Shown here one piece after another: positions 12,718-25,558 of a stretch of DNA of 64,000 nt; position 1 is the stretch's first letter; every line of letters starts with the position of its first letter. Under the pieces are notes generated by a model that was given only the letters and a program-made list of their open reading frames with translations, did not search any database and had not been told where the DNA came from. The position numbers were made by a program, and so were the translations under genes. The DNA is from Plasmodiophora brassicae (taxonomy: Eukaryota): assembly GCA_036867785.1 (NCBI GenBank), contig CP145424.1, forward strand, positions 682,001 through 746,000. Reading direction: 5' to 3'.

Positions 12718-14599
12718 TCAAACGCGGTTGCTGCTGTCTTGCTTCTGCTGGGACGACACCTGCAGCTTCCCGTTCTTATCTCCAGCAGCACCTTTGACGT
12801 TGTCGGCCGTGTCCTGTTTGGGAGGCGCCCCTTTCGAATTGCTGGCCTCCTTCGAATCCCTACGAGACGGCGGGCCAATTGAAGACCCGCCAGGGCGACC
12901 CACTATGCTGGTCCCCTTGCCAGGTGATGCCGACTTGTTGCTCTTGCGTCTGACTGATACCGATTTGCGAGCCGCCCGAGACAGCCGCTTCACGAGCGTG
13001 TCGCCTTCCGACGCACCGGCCACCTTCTGGTAGTCGTACTTTGGACACATCCCGTTAAATCTCGGCCCATCATCTCAGCCTCGTAGCAACTGGACTGACC
13101 TCGTAACCGTCGAAAGCGTGTTTGTCGTCAACCTTGACGACCTCGTCAGGGCACAGCACATCCATCTACCGGTCAACGTCAGTTGGCCAACGTCAAACAA
13201 TTGGATCCAGAGACACTTCACACCGCGTAGACGTCGACCTGTGCCACAAGGTCACTAACTAGCGCGCCCCAACGAGATACGCGGGCGCTCCTACCGGGAA
13301 GTTGGAGGCGGCGTCCTTGTCAATGGTGATAGGTCCCGGTTGCGTCCGCTATCCACGTTGCAGAATCAGTATGCGTTGAGGTCGTCGACCGGCACGAGCT
13401 GGACCTGGGCGATTTCGCTCCAGTTGATGCCGCTGAAGAACGGGTCCTTCTTGACGGCGTCCCAGTCGACCAACCGATCGCTGACGTCGTACTTCAACAG
13501 CTTCAGGATCAGGTCCCGAGCGGCCGCCGGGATGTGGCTCATCGATTGAGGGATCGCCCGCTGGGCCAGCATTTCGTTGTTGTCCTCGAACGGGCACCTG
13601 CCCTTGAAGCAGTAGTAGAGCGACGCGCCGAATGAGAAGAAGTCGGTCTCGACTCCTGAATGCGCTGGCTGAGCTCACGCCAGTCACCGTGCGCCATGGT
13701 CCGCTGTACCATGGGATCGCCCTTTAACGGCTTCGGGGCTCATGAAACCAGGTGTCCCAGCAGTCGATTTGCCTGTCAGCCGAGTCAAACGCCAAGAGCC
13801 ACGGCCAGGAGCGCGGCAGCATACACTTCAATTCCTGTTCCTGCTCGAGGAAGACGGCGATACCGAAATCTGTTATCCGGGAATGCCCGTCCTTGTCGAG
13901 AAGGATGTTGGCCGGTTTGATGTCCTGCAAAGCACCGGTGAGCGGCGGGGATGGTCACGACGGGGCCTCTTATCAGTCGACATGATGGACAATGCGGCGC
14001 TTGTGGAGCTCTTCGATGCCGAGCGCGAGCTCGGCCATGTAGAAGGCGACGGTGCTCTCCGGGAGCCCGTTCTGTCTGGAGATGTAGAAACCGAGGTCGC
14101 CGCCGGGCAGGAACTCCATCACGAGGTACAGGCTGGCCTGGTCCTGGAACGCCCAGTACAGCTTCGGGACGAACGGCGAGTTCACCGCCCGCAGGACGTT
14201 CCGTTCCAGCCATGCCACCTTCATGTGCCATTCGCTCTTCATCAGCGCCACCTGTCGACGAGGGATAAAATTAGCACCTCCGGGCGGGCGTAACAATGCG
14301 CAGGGGACGCACTTTGGCCATTTTCTTCATGGCCACGTAGTCGCGCTTGCCTTCTGGATCGGTCTTCTTCTGCATCGCCCCATCGTCAGTGACGCTCGGC
14401 ACCAACGTGTCGGGTAGGCGTACCTGAACGGCGTAGACATTGCCGAATCCACCTGAGCGAACGACGTCAGGCGTTGACGGTCGACGTCATGAAGAGCGGC
14501 GTTCCAGGTACCTTTTCCGATGCAGCGGAATATCTCGAAATGGGTGTGGTCGACGTGGTCGGCGTTAGGCGCTGCCTCGATGCTCTCGCAGCACCCCAT
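12718..14599 (-). CDS. AGC-family-like Ser/Thr protein kinase, multi-exon, N-terminal MGCC acylation motif
   Basis: FEIFRCIGKG|GFG, VAMK, ERNVL, AFQDQASLYLVMEFLPGGDL, DIKPANILLDKDGHSRITDFG, GTPGFMSPE, DFFSFG, DPFFSGINW. Confidence 0.85.
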
Positions 14600-14862
14600 C
14601 TGGGTCGACGCTGTCCGCGATGTTGACGATTGATTACACACCACTTAGCTCGACGTGGTACCCAGCCGATCCACATGCATACCAGAACCGTACCCTCGGG
14701 ACCCTTATCAAAGCGAAACAGGCGTATCTGGGGCGGATCCGGGGGGTGACGCGCTTCCGACCCAGCGTGACATCATGCCGGCGAACGTTCAGTTGCGTCA
14801 CGCCTCTGAATATCGCTGCTGTACGGTAGGACGGATGTACCATACTTTCGAAACAGATCGCC

Positions 14863-15534
14863 ATGTCGCACTGGGCGCCGCTGATTGTCGTCATCGCTGC
14901 CGTGGCGATGACGCTGTCCGATGCGGATCCTGCGGTGGCAGGCAACGCGACATCGTCGTCGTCCAGAGCGGGCGCACTCGACGCCCTGCGAGGGATCGCA
15001 CAAGAGATCAGCCTGCTCCAGAATCTGACGAAGCACGACCCAACGCTGTCAATTGCCCAGGAGGCCTTGGCCGCCATGAACGACACCGTCTCGAAGCAGC
15101 TGACGATGCTGGGCGCCGCCAACGCAACCGCGGCGAATGGGACGCTGGGCAATGCGACCGCCGGTGCTGGGAATACGTCGACAAACACCAGCGGATCCGT
15201 TCCCGGGAACGCGACGGCGCAAGGGAATTCGTCGCTGCCACTGTCGAACGCGACGAACGCCTCCACGCCGTTGACGAACACGTCGGTGCCGGTGGCAAAC
15301 GGCACGGCGTCGGTCAGGAATTCGTCCAATTCGACGGATGCGCCCCTGGCGGCGGGGAACGCGACCGGGAACGGCACCGTCACCGTCGGCCTGCAGATCG
15401 ACCTGGACAAGATGACGGCCCGGGCGTCGAACGTGTCCGGCAGAGGCAGCGCCCTGATCAACGTGGCCATGCAGATCGATACGTCGCAGGGGACGGCCCA
15501 GAACGTCAGCGTCACGCCCGTTCGCGTCCCGTAA
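14863..15534 (+). CDS. Secreted low-complexity glycoprotein (223 aa), many N-X-S/T sequons
   Basis: Signal peptide MSHWAPLIVVIAAVAMTLSDA followed by an Ala/Asn/Thr/Ser-rich body with repeated NAT/NGT/NTS. Confidence 0.7.
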   Translation: MSHWAPLIVVIAAVAMTLSDADPAVAGNATSSSSRAGALDALRGIAQEISLLQNLTKHDPTLSIAQEALAAMNDTVSKQLTMLGAANATAANGTLGNATAGAGNTSTNTSGSVPGNATAQGNSSLPLSNATNASTPLTNTSVPVANGTASVRNSSNSTDAPLAAGNATGNGTVTVGLQIDLDKMTARASNVSGRGSALINVAMQIDTSQGTAQNVSVTPVRVP

Positions 15535-15647
15535 CGACGATCCGATCGGCGCGTCCCCCACGTTCCCTCCCATAAAGTATGCGAGTCTCTGCAGACGCGA
15601 GCTGCTGCTATTCATAGATTGGCCCGCACGGGGCCCCCAAGACGTTC

Positions 15648-16295
15648 ATGACCGGCGACGACGACGCCGTCCTGGCAGCCGTCAGCTGCCGGGCGTTTCA
15701 CCGGGTGGCAGGCCGGGACGGGTGGTGGATGAAATGGGTCGCGTCGGACGCGGGCGTCGCCGTCCTGGCCAGCGACCTGGTCGACGTGTACGCGGGGGCG
15801 GAGGCGGACGTCGGCGCCCGGTTCGCCTCGTTGAACCCGTCGCTGCAGATCGGTTCGGCGTCGGCGATCGCGTCCGTCCTGGAGCGCGCGCTGCAGGGCG
15901 TCGTGACCCCCGGCGACGGGAACCCGACGGCCGTGTTCGACACGATCTCGTCGCCGGGCAGGGCCGTCCTGGACGTGCGCGTCCCGATCGCGGCCGGCGG
16001 CGGCATCCACTGGCGACAGGTCCTACGCCGCGTGCCCGCGCCCGCGTCCGCCATTGTCATCCGCGACCAGATCATCGCGCCGATGCTGGCCGTGTCGGGC
16101 GCGACCACGATCCCCGGCGTCCAGATCGCGCGGTCGCCGTCGCCCGCCCGCCCGGCCCATACGGACGACGATGCGGCGGCGACCACCGACGAGGAGGCGC
16201 CACAGGACGAACAGCAGCAGGAGGCGGCCGGGCTGGACAAACGGCGACAGCGGCTGCGGCGCGATGCCCTGAAACGAAAGTACACGAAGTTGTAG
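15648..16295 (+). CDS. NHEJ1: XLF/Cernunnos (NHEJ1)-like protein, 215 aa
   Basis: [22 protein letters not shown] and [23 protein letters not shown] resemble the XLF head domain (LLVSDL..V..RAKELN..L; F.W.F....V..HLI.PL). Basic C-terminal tail KRKYTKL. Confidence 0.6.
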   Translation: MTGDDDAVLAAVSCRAFHRVAGRDGWWMKWVASDAGVAVLASDLVDVYAGAEADVGARFASLNPSLQIGSASAIASVLERALQGVVTPGDGNPTAVFDTISSPGRAVLDVRVPIAAGGGIHWRQVLRRVPAPASAIVIRDQIIAPMLAVSGATTIPGVQIARSPSPARPAHTDDDAAATTDEEAPQDEQQQEAAGLDKRRQRLRRDALKRKYTKL

Positions 16296-16356
16296 GCGAT
16301 GGACGCGTCGTCATGTACACCATGCGGTTTACGAGCAACGGGTTTGTCGTCGATCG

Positions 16357-19300
16357 TCACGATGTCTCCTGGTTCGGGCGCTTGTTCTCGATGCCGTCGC
16401 GCTCGACGCTGATCTCGCGAGGCCGCTTGACGGTTCGGGAGGCGGCGGCGGTGGCCTTCTGTGCGTTGGCCGCCCTGACCGGGCTGGCGTACCCGGCGCC
16501 CTCCCTGTACTGGTGCATGGCGGTGTCGACAGCGGCCAGCGCGTGGTGGTGCTCGTCGCGGTAGCGCAGCGCGCCCGTCTCGTTGGCGTCTCTGACCGCC
16601 GTCCCGTCCCGTACGAGCTTGTCGCACGCCGTCGTGACCTGCTCGGCGGACAGGACGACCGCCTCGACGGACGCCCGGCACTGCCCGGTGACCTGGGCGT
16701 GCCGCCCGGCAACGCCTTCCGCCAGCGTCTGCGACGTCGCCGACAGACGGTCGCATCGGGCAGCAATCTCGAGCGCGTGCGCATCTCGGACGGCCGCCAA
16801 GGCCGCCTTGGCCGGCTGCTGAACGGCCTCCAGGCCGGTGGACGACACCGTCATCAGGGCTTGTAACGCCTCGCCGGACTGCCTGGCGAACGAGTTCGAC
16901 AGGTCGGTGCTGGCGCTGGTCCATGCGTTCTTCTCCACGGCCCTCGATTCGGCCAGCGATGCGCGTAGGCCGTCCACCTGCTCGATCGTCGCCGTGCAGG
17001 ATGACGACTCGAGTGTGGCGGTGATCAGCTTGTCGGCCCGGGATTTCGCGCCATGCCGCGCGTCGTGCTGCTGGGCGACGTACCTTCCCACGATGGCCGT
17101 GATCTCTTCCAGCAGCGCAGACGTCGACGCTTCCGTTCGGGACGTTTCCGCGTCGTGAGACGCGTTCATTTCGTCGGACAGAGCAGACAGGCTGCCGACG
17201 ACCTTCGACTCCACGCCGCTGACAGACGCCTGGATGTCGTCGATAGCCTGGAACAAGAGGGACGACGTGCCGTCCAACTGTGCCTGAACGGACGAGACGG
17301 TGTTGTTCCACGTGGCCGACAATTCCGATATCCGGGCGCCATGGTTGGCAACGGTGGAGGACACCGACTGCAACTGAGACGCGCAGATGCCGACGATACT
17401 GTCCACCATCCCAGACACCGTTTGCACCGACTCGGCAACCTTGTCCCGGATGTGGGACAGGTCGTCGGCCACCGCGGTCTGAACAGTTGCGGCTAACAGC
17501 TGCGACGTGGCCTGCAGCGACTGGGACACCTGGAGTGGAGTGAGTTAAACCGTTGACGAACGACAACCCGTATCCGAACACACACACCTCGCTAGCAGAC
17601 TTCTTCGCCTCAGCGACGACGCCGTTGATTGACTTGCGAACCTCGGCGCAAACGTTCGATGTGCGCTCAAGGCTATCAGCGGCTTGCCCTGTATGCAACG
17701 CCAGAAGCTGGTCCAGGGAGGTGCGCAAATCGTGGACGCGCTCGCTGGTGTGACGCAGGAGCATGCCACGGGCGGCTTCGTCACGCTGCAAGGCTTCGTC
17801 TCGACGCATCACTTGGGCGGTTAGTTCGGAGCATTGCGTTGTCAGCGAGGCGATTTCCGATTCAAAGTTCGCGCGGTCCTTGGCCCACTGCTCAGATTCA
17901 GATCGCCACCGAGCACTGGTGTGTGCATGAGCCGTTTGCTCACTAGACAGTTTCTGTCGGGTCGCGGTCAGCTCGTTGGACAGAGCAGTCTGGTTCGCCT
18001 TGTATTCATCTAGCAGCGAACCGTTCAGTACCTGATGCGCACAGAGGTGCCCGCCGAGATTACCAATCTGGCTATCCAGCCGAACTCGGTCTTCGCGCGA
18101 CTGGGAAATCTCCTCCTCCATCGCCTTGAACTGATCGCCGGGAAGGAACACGCCAGTCTTGGCACGCTGCGCCTCGAGCTGGCGTCGCAGCGCATTGAGG
18201 TTAACCTGCAGGTCCCGAACGTAGGCCTTTTGTGTCACTTTCTGGTTCACCTCGGGGCGATTCAGGATGTTCTTCGCCGTGTGGGCATACTCGAGCGTCG
18301 ACAGCGTTTCCTCAACAGACTTCTGGGAAGGCGATATTGTGGCGATCAGAATCGTCTTCGTGCGTCCGCCCAGCGATTCTTGCAGGAGACGGGTAAGTTT
18401 GCTTTCCCGGTACGGAATATGCCGGTTCCTGGTTTCGAGAAACACGCCACGTCACGCCACAGCGATTGTTTCAGCGAGCAACGAGGAGCACGCACCCTTG
18501 GACCAGGGCATTGATGACGCGCCCGAGAGTCAGCAAAGACCGGTTGATCTGCCCCGCCTCCTTGGCACGCACGCCGACGGCTTCAGATTTGCCGATGCAT
18601 TCGCTCCCGGCAAGATCCACCAGGTTCAGCTTTCCAACCTTGATGATTTCCTCGCCATCCACCGTGGTCTCTTTCGTGTGGACCTTGACGGTGAAAATCG
18701 TGTGACTCCTCGACGAATTGGCATCTGCAAATGCGACGTCAGGTCAGCTGGTCGCGAGGCGCCACCGCGTACGGACTCATTTTCGTCTCAGCGGTTCGGC
18801 GACGGTCCCACGAGCGAGTCAGGACTTTGAAGATGTCGTTGGGGTCAACGACCAGCACTTCCTCCAAGTTGGACACAAAGACGCCCTTGACGCTGTCCTC
18901 GAATATCCGCAGGTCGACCTCGCCGGCTTCGCTGAGCAGATCGCAGATCTCCTCATTGTAGATCTCCAGACACGCTGTGTGCCACGTTATTCGACGAGTC
19001 ACGCGCGCGCACACATCATTGCCCCTCTTACAGACGTGCACGACGCATTCGTTAACGTCCTTGCATCGCAAGCGATCAAAGATCGCGTGAATCGCACGGG
19101 GAATGATCCCACACTCCGCTGTGATGTCAGCGTTCATCTCAGGGCCCTGCATAGCTGGCGGAAACGACGCGCCTAGTGAGCACGCCGAGCGGAAAACCCA
19201 GCAATCGACGATACGTACTGTAGGTTTTTCCGGTGCCGGTCTGGCCGTAGGCAAAGACGGTGCAGTTGAAGCCTTCCAGGACCTCGTCGACAATGGCGTG

Positions 19301-19552
19301 GATGTCGCCGAACAGGGCCTCCTGCGTGGACGCCTCCCCGAACACGGAATCGAACGTGTACGTCTTCTTCGTGTCGGACCCGCGGATCTCGCTGGCCACC
19401 GTCACCTGCCTCTGCGCCGCGCTCGTCGTCACCACGACCGCGTTGCGGCCCCTGGTCTCCGCCGCCGACAGCGGCCGGCATCGCACGATGACCTTGATGT
19501 TCGTCGCCGCCGCGCCCGGCCCTGCGGCCTGGCTCGACGCCGTCGCCGTCAT
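16357..19552 (-). CDS. KIF11: Kinesin-5 (BimC/Eg5/KIF11 family) motor, multi-exon
   Basis: [86 protein letters not shown], followed by a long coiled-coil tail. Confidence 0.9.
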
Positions 19553-20017
19553 CGAATTTGACCGCCAAAACAACAGCTATACACCGGCGAAAAATGACGC
19601 GACCTGTTTTGCAGGACCCGTCGTGTCGCTGCGCCTCACCCGACGACGACGACGCCCAGGCGAGCCCCGCGCCCGGCGACAGGTTGCATAGTACAATCCC
19701 GTTCCGGACGACTCAGTACGAGCAGGTGTGCAATGGTTCGCCGTGGGCGACGTAGGTAGTAAGTACGGTCACCTGGGGGATTGCGCGTCGTCGGCGTCGA
19801 GGTTCGGCACCAATCAATACACAAACGCCGCGGCGGGGGAGGGGGGCGGCGGGGGGACGAACGTCCTAATCCGGTGGCTGGACGGGCTGGCCCGATCCGC
19901 GGTCAAGTCCGCCGAACGGAAGAATCTGCGATCCGACCGTCACTGTAACTCCGACCAAACCCGCTGCTGCACAGGGCCAGAGTTCATTTCGGAGCTGTTG
20001 CCGCGCGCGCCCACGAC

Positions 20018-20785
20018 ATGAACGGCGTCCTCCGCACGACGCGGCCGCCCGCCGACGCCGCCGACCTGTTCTGCATCGGCCTCGACACGCTGTTCATCCC
20101 GAACGACATCAACGACACGCCCGCGTTCAACATCGTGTTCGACGACGTGCCTGGCACGGGCGATTCGGACGTCGTCGCCGACCGCGACGTCGACCAGGCG
20201 GTCGATGCGACGCTGACCGCCGGCGACATGCCGTCGTTCCCGTCGGTGCCCTCGCTCGAATGCAGCACACATCGGGCGGGGGAATCGCCGTTGCTGACGG
20301 CCGTGTCGTCGCCGACGATGGGCGAGCAGCAGCCGGACGTTCGCCGTCCGACGCCGCCCGCCCGCCGCCCGAAGCGGCCGCACGCGCCACCCGCCGCGCG
20401 CGCCCCGGGCCCATTCGACTGGTCGTTCGTCACCGACCCGGATCGACGCGCGAAGATCGAACGCTGGAAACGAAAACGCGATCGCATCCGCATGGGCCTG
20501 TCCACGAAGCACGTCTACGACGTTCGCGTGCAGCACGCCATTAACAGGCCTCGCACCGGGTAAGCGCATCGCTCCTGCATCGTCGTCGCCGTTGTATAAC
20601 GTGCTGTCAGGGGTCGGTTCATGGCGGCGCCCAAGAAGCCGGCGGAGGCGACCCCGTCCGGATCGGGCGTCGTTCCGGCGTCGAGCGGGTCGGCCCCGGT
20701 GCCGCCGCAGACCTCGCCGGGAGGTGCCGCCAAGCGACCCCGCATCAAGGTCGAGGCGGTCGCAGCGGCGGAAGACCCAGGGTAA
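20018..20785 (+). CDS. CCT-motif protein (2 exons: 20018-20559, 20611-20785)
   Basis: RRAKIERWKRKR...YDVRVQHAINRPRTG|GRF, reconstituted across a GTAAG..CAG intron, matches the CCT motif ending RPR.xGRF. Confidence 0.7.
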
Positions 20786-21162
20786 CGTCGTCGATGCTCG
20801 TGCCGCGCTCGTCCGCCTGTCACTGACCATTGTCGAGGAACGACAGCCACGGTCTGGACCAGAAATGACCAACGGATCAGGGTTCCCGAGGCGCTGCTGC
20901 TGTCTCCCGCCGTTCCTGCTGGTGGGTGCGCCCCGCCGATGCGGTTGGCGTACCACCGCCGCACACACTCGACCGTCCAGAGGCGACATCTCAGGCCGCA
21001 ACGTCCACCGTCTAATAATGAACACCTTACGGGTTGTTGCTGTTCCATCGACCTGCTGCTGTGTGTGGTGTGGCTCTGTACGTGCCCGCGCGCGTCGTCG
21101 CGGGTCTATTAATTGCCTCGGCGTCGCCATCGGTGCTGGCGCGTCAGCCGGGGGCCACATGC

Positions 21163-21965
21163 ATGTTCACGTTGCGTTTGTCGCCGGGCGTGCGGCGGTT
21201 CACGACGAGGCGGGATCGGTGTGCGAATGGCGTCGTGCTCGGGGACCTGTTCCGTCCGCAGGGGCCGGGCCCTGACCCGGCGTCGCTGTGGGCGTTCAAC
21301 GCGCCCGCGTTCGGCGCGCCGAACCAGCACGCCATCTCTGTCGAGCGTCTCGTGCAGCACCCGCTGATCGCCCCCGTCCTGGACAGACTTCGATGGACGT
21401 TCGACGACCGGAGCAGCATCGCCTGCGTGCTGAGGAACCGCCCCGTCGTCGTGTACAACACCAACACCCGGTTCTACCACACGTTCAGGCGGTTCTGGTC
21501 ACGGCTGGAACGCCTGATCGCCTGCGACGAAGAGGTGCATGGGCGTGTCGGCCGTGCGCGCCCATGTGGCTGACGATCTCTGCGGTTCAGTTTGTGGAGG
21601 CGATCAGCACGTGCTACGTGGTGGTGGACTTTGACGACCGACCGGCCCCTGCAGAGTACAACGACTGGCTGGACGCCGTCAATCACGTCATCGGCGGGCC
21701 GCCACCGAGGCCCGGCCTGCACTACGTCGCGTCCGGCGTCCCCGTCCGACTGCCGGCCGCCCCCAGGCTGACGTTCTTCCAGCCGATCCTGCCCGTCCTC
21801 ACCAACGGCACCGTCCTGCTCGTCAACTCGTTGGCCCATGCGGAGTACGTGTCAACGATCCTGTGCGGGCATGGCCTGCTGGCCTCCGTCTTCGCGCCCA
21901 TCCTGCCGACCCTATACGTCGACTCGAGGATCGTCCCGCCCGGCTGTTCCCGTGTCGCCTCGTGA
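21163..21965 (+). CDS. Hypothetical protein (2 exons, intron 21535-21590), possible mitochondrial presequence
   Basis: MFTLRLSPGVRRFTTRR is Arg-rich and acid-free. A 56-nt GT-AG intron joins two ORFs in frame. Confidence 0.5.
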
Positions 21966-22041
21966 ACGAAGCAATCGTCCATTTCTACGGCCGGGCTCAG
22001 TCGACAAGCGTCCGTCTTTACAAGCAGTGTTTGTCAGGGCG

Positions 22042-25000
22042 CTAGGCGGGACCGGGTTCACGTAGAAGCGCCAGGCAGATCCTGCCTGGGCCAACGAACA
22101 CCGAGTGCACGGCACCGCCCGCTGGCACCTTCGTCGGTGGGACGAAGGCGGCGCCGCCTCCTCCCCAGACCAGGACGTCATTCGCGTCGCTGACGGCCAC
22201 GTTGAGATCGGGGCCGCCCGCCACCCGAACCACCCGGTACGCTGCGAACGGCTCCAGAACGGTCGGCTGGGGCAGCTGGGCGACCCCGGTTCCAGCACCG
22301 AGCAGGCCTTCCGACGGGGCTTGCCCCCAGGCCCACAGCCGCCCGTCGTCTGTATGCCCGGTCAGTATCATCAGGCAGGGCCAGCGACCGCGGCTGCGGT
22401 TAGGTACCTGTGCATGCGAACCCGGCCTGGCCAGACGCGGCGACGTCGACGACGTTGCCGGGGATGGCAACGGGCGTCGCCGACGACGCGTCCCGTCCCC
22501 ACTGGTAGACCTTGCCGGATTGGGAACGCGCCAGGAACCCGCCCTGCATCGCGACGACGTCGACGATGACCGCGTTGTCGTCCGGGAACGTTCGCTGCCG
22601 GGGCGTGGGCGACGCCGGCGACCAGGTCCAGACCCGGCCGGCATCGTCGAGGGAGCACCGCGTGATCCCATCGCTGATGCGGATCTGCTCGTGGCGGACG
22701 CTCGTGGCATCCGGCCCCTGCTGCTGGGCCTCGCGACAGTACGTTCCCTGGGCGTTGACCGACAGGATGTCGCCTCGGGAATCCACAACGACGATCGTGG
22801 AGTCGTTGCCAACGGCAGCGTCCCGTAGGCGACAGGAATCGAACGCCTGGACGCGTCGCCGGGTACCATCGGGGTCGAACCACAGCAGCTGGCGCGATGA
22901 CGTCAACGCGACGGTGGCACCTCCTCCGCTCTTCGACACGGCCACGATGCGGTCGTCGAGCGATGCCAACGCGGGCGATATCATTTGGCACCGCCAGGCG
23001 GATGGCTGTGCGGCGGTGGCAGCCGCTGTGGAACGCGATCGCAGCGCCCGCGACAGTTCGTTGCGGATCATGGCCTGGAAGCGATCGTGAATGCGTCTCT
23101 GGCGTTCGCGCTGCGCCGCCTCGTCGAGGACGGGCGGCGCTGCGACAGGTTCGGGTTGTGTCGGTGCTGCCGCCGATGCGGCGCCCTTTCGCGCCTGGCC
23201 TGCACCCGCCGGTTTCTTCGCGCCTTGCTGCTGCTGCTGCTGCTCTTGTGCCATCCGCATCGCTTCGTCCTCCTTCCGCCTATCGTCGTCGACGTCGATC
23301 ATGGCGCGGACGTGGACGTCAGGGAGGACATCGGCGACGTCGACGAGCGCGCCGCGAACGACAGCGTAAGCGTCCGGTGATGGGGCGGGTCGCCGTGCGC
23401 AACGACCGACGAGTTCGTCGAGCTCCTTACGCCATTCAGCAGCGGAGGGATGCCAGGGCAGGGCTTGCTGCAGCGTGTCGTACAGCGTCTGGACGTCGTG
23501 GTCCCAGCGAGCCGACAGCCGCGCCGTCCTCGACAACGCTGACCGCATGCGTTCCGCCAATGTTTCCAACGCGTCGACAATATCTGGGATGTACCACAGC
23601 CTTGGAGTTCGGCAGTTGTTCAACCGGTGGAAGCGTCCCGGGCGGTCCTCCGATCGGATCGGGGACGGACGGACCGTCTCGACCACGTCGTAGACGAGTC
23701 GCCTGGCGATGAACGCGACGCGTTCCTGATCGATCGCGTCGCGTAGCGCCCTTGCGACGCTGTCGACGTTGTGGCGAGAGTGGAGACGGCGGCCGACCAG
23801 GTGGACAGAGAATGGTGACGATGCCGCCGGGAACGTATCCAGGACGACGTCGTCGAGGAACACGCCCGGCGCCGTCGACTCGAATCGGAACGCGGCCGGG
23901 ACGGTCTCGCCCGGCAGGATCGTGAACCGCTGCGGGCTCCATCGGAATCGTTCTTCGCGTTCCGTTCCGACCCGCCTCCATTCGCAGTGCACAGCGCCGT
24001 TGCCTTCGTTGCGAAGGACGACAGTCGCTGACGCCGAGGAGACCGCTCCTGCTGGGACGCTGAGCGTCAGCGCGATCCGGGCGTCGGAGTGCCCGACGGC
24101 AGTGACGCGAACGAATGGTACAGTGGCCGGTTCGGCGGGCGGCTCGGGTCGCGGAGTCCGTGGCGGACTCCGCGATGGGGGCACCGGTGCCGTCACCTGC
24201 GCCAGGCACGGGTCGTGCAGCGCGTACGCCGGCGCCGACCGCCGCAGGTCGAACAGGTCCTGGCCGACGACCTCCAGCGCGTCGCACTCGACGACGTCAT
24301 GCGGGCGCAGTTCGTGCAGGCGGCGTTGCATCTCCCGGCAGCGCTCCTGGTACGCGGGAGACGATTTCCAGCGCTGGACCGGGACGCGGTGCGTCGGGCG
24401 CCGGATCGTCTCCATCACCTTGTTGTCGTCGTTGCGGATCTCGCAGAATAGGCCGGAGAACATGTTGCCGACCTGGACGAACTGTGTGGTGTCGCCGCGA
24501 AGCGACGTGCGCCACGACGCCTCCGTCGCCATCTTCTTCTGGAACGGCACAGCGATTGACAGCAGGTGAAAGGCTTCCAGGCGCTCCCGGAAGGCGTTTC
24601 CCGTGTCCATGGTGAGCGTGTCGTCCGGGCTGACGCCGAGTTTCGCGGCCACTGCCTGGCGGGTTCTCTGCCAGGACGCCATGGTGCGCTCCCAACGTTT
24701 CAGAATGCGGCTCTCGCGTGTCGCCGCGATCTGGTCGCCTCGCGGCATCATGGCCAGCTGTCGAGCGGCTTGCTCGCGCTCGACGGCAGCAGCGGCGCGC
24801 GTCTCTTCGACCAGTCGCCGGTAGAGCTCGCGTTGATCGGTGATGGGAGCAGGATTGGATTCAGCATCTGGAGGCGTTGCCCTGGGCGTCGCCGTCGAGT
24901 AGAGGACAGTCTGTGGGACAGCCTTGACCAGTGCGGGATCCTCTGGCATCGTCACGGTCCCTCCCGTCACGCGCGGCAACGTCTGTCCTGGGCGAATCCG

Positions 25001-25156
25001 TCTCGCGACCAGAACCTTCTTCGACCGGGGTGACACCGGCGCCGCCGCCTGCTTAGTGGCCCCCTGCCCCTCCTGGCGTCTGCGAACAACCAGCTTCCGT
25101 CGACTACGACATGCGCCGCCGTCTCCATCCGCGATGGACGGCGCCAGCGTCTCCAT
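22042..25156 (-). CDS. MYCBP-associated protein (MYCBPAP)-like N-terminus fused to RCC1-like repeats (~1018 aa; intron 22350-22407)
   Basis: RESRILKRWE..WRTSLR...VGNMFSGLFC plus an Ig-like segment (LRNEGNGAVHCEW, ILPGET). The same ORF continues into DAGRVWTWS, SGKVYQWG and DDGRLWAWG RCC1-type repeats. Confidence 0.65.
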
Positions 25157-25558
25157 AGGCGTTCGCCGCCTATCAGACGTTCACACAAGTACCCTAAGGG
25201 CGATCCGCCCATTAACCGCATGCGCCATTGTACCATCGAGACCGTAACAGTCGTCACGATCATCAGTACCGTTGCAAGGGGCACTTTATCGCCCATGCCG
25301 ACGTGACAGTGTGTCGATCACGTCCGGTCCCAGTGATGCGCCCACTTCCCTACCATAATTGTCATCAGCAAGCCAACGCTCTACGTTGCCGACGAGCGCC
25401 TCGTCTGCAAGTGGATCGACGACCTCAACAACGTCGTCGCCGTCCTTGTCTCGACATCATCATCGCCACCGCCACCCGCATCGTCACCAGCCACAGCGCC
25501 GCTGTCTTCCCCGCCATCAACGTCAATATAAAGAAGCATCGCCAACAGACTGATCAAT

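Noticed and set aside
15698-18445. 915-aa minus-strand ORF as a single protein
   Set aside because: Only its 5' part is a kinesin-5 exon. The rest is off-frame read-through past introns in GC-rich DNA and antisense to the XLF-like gene.
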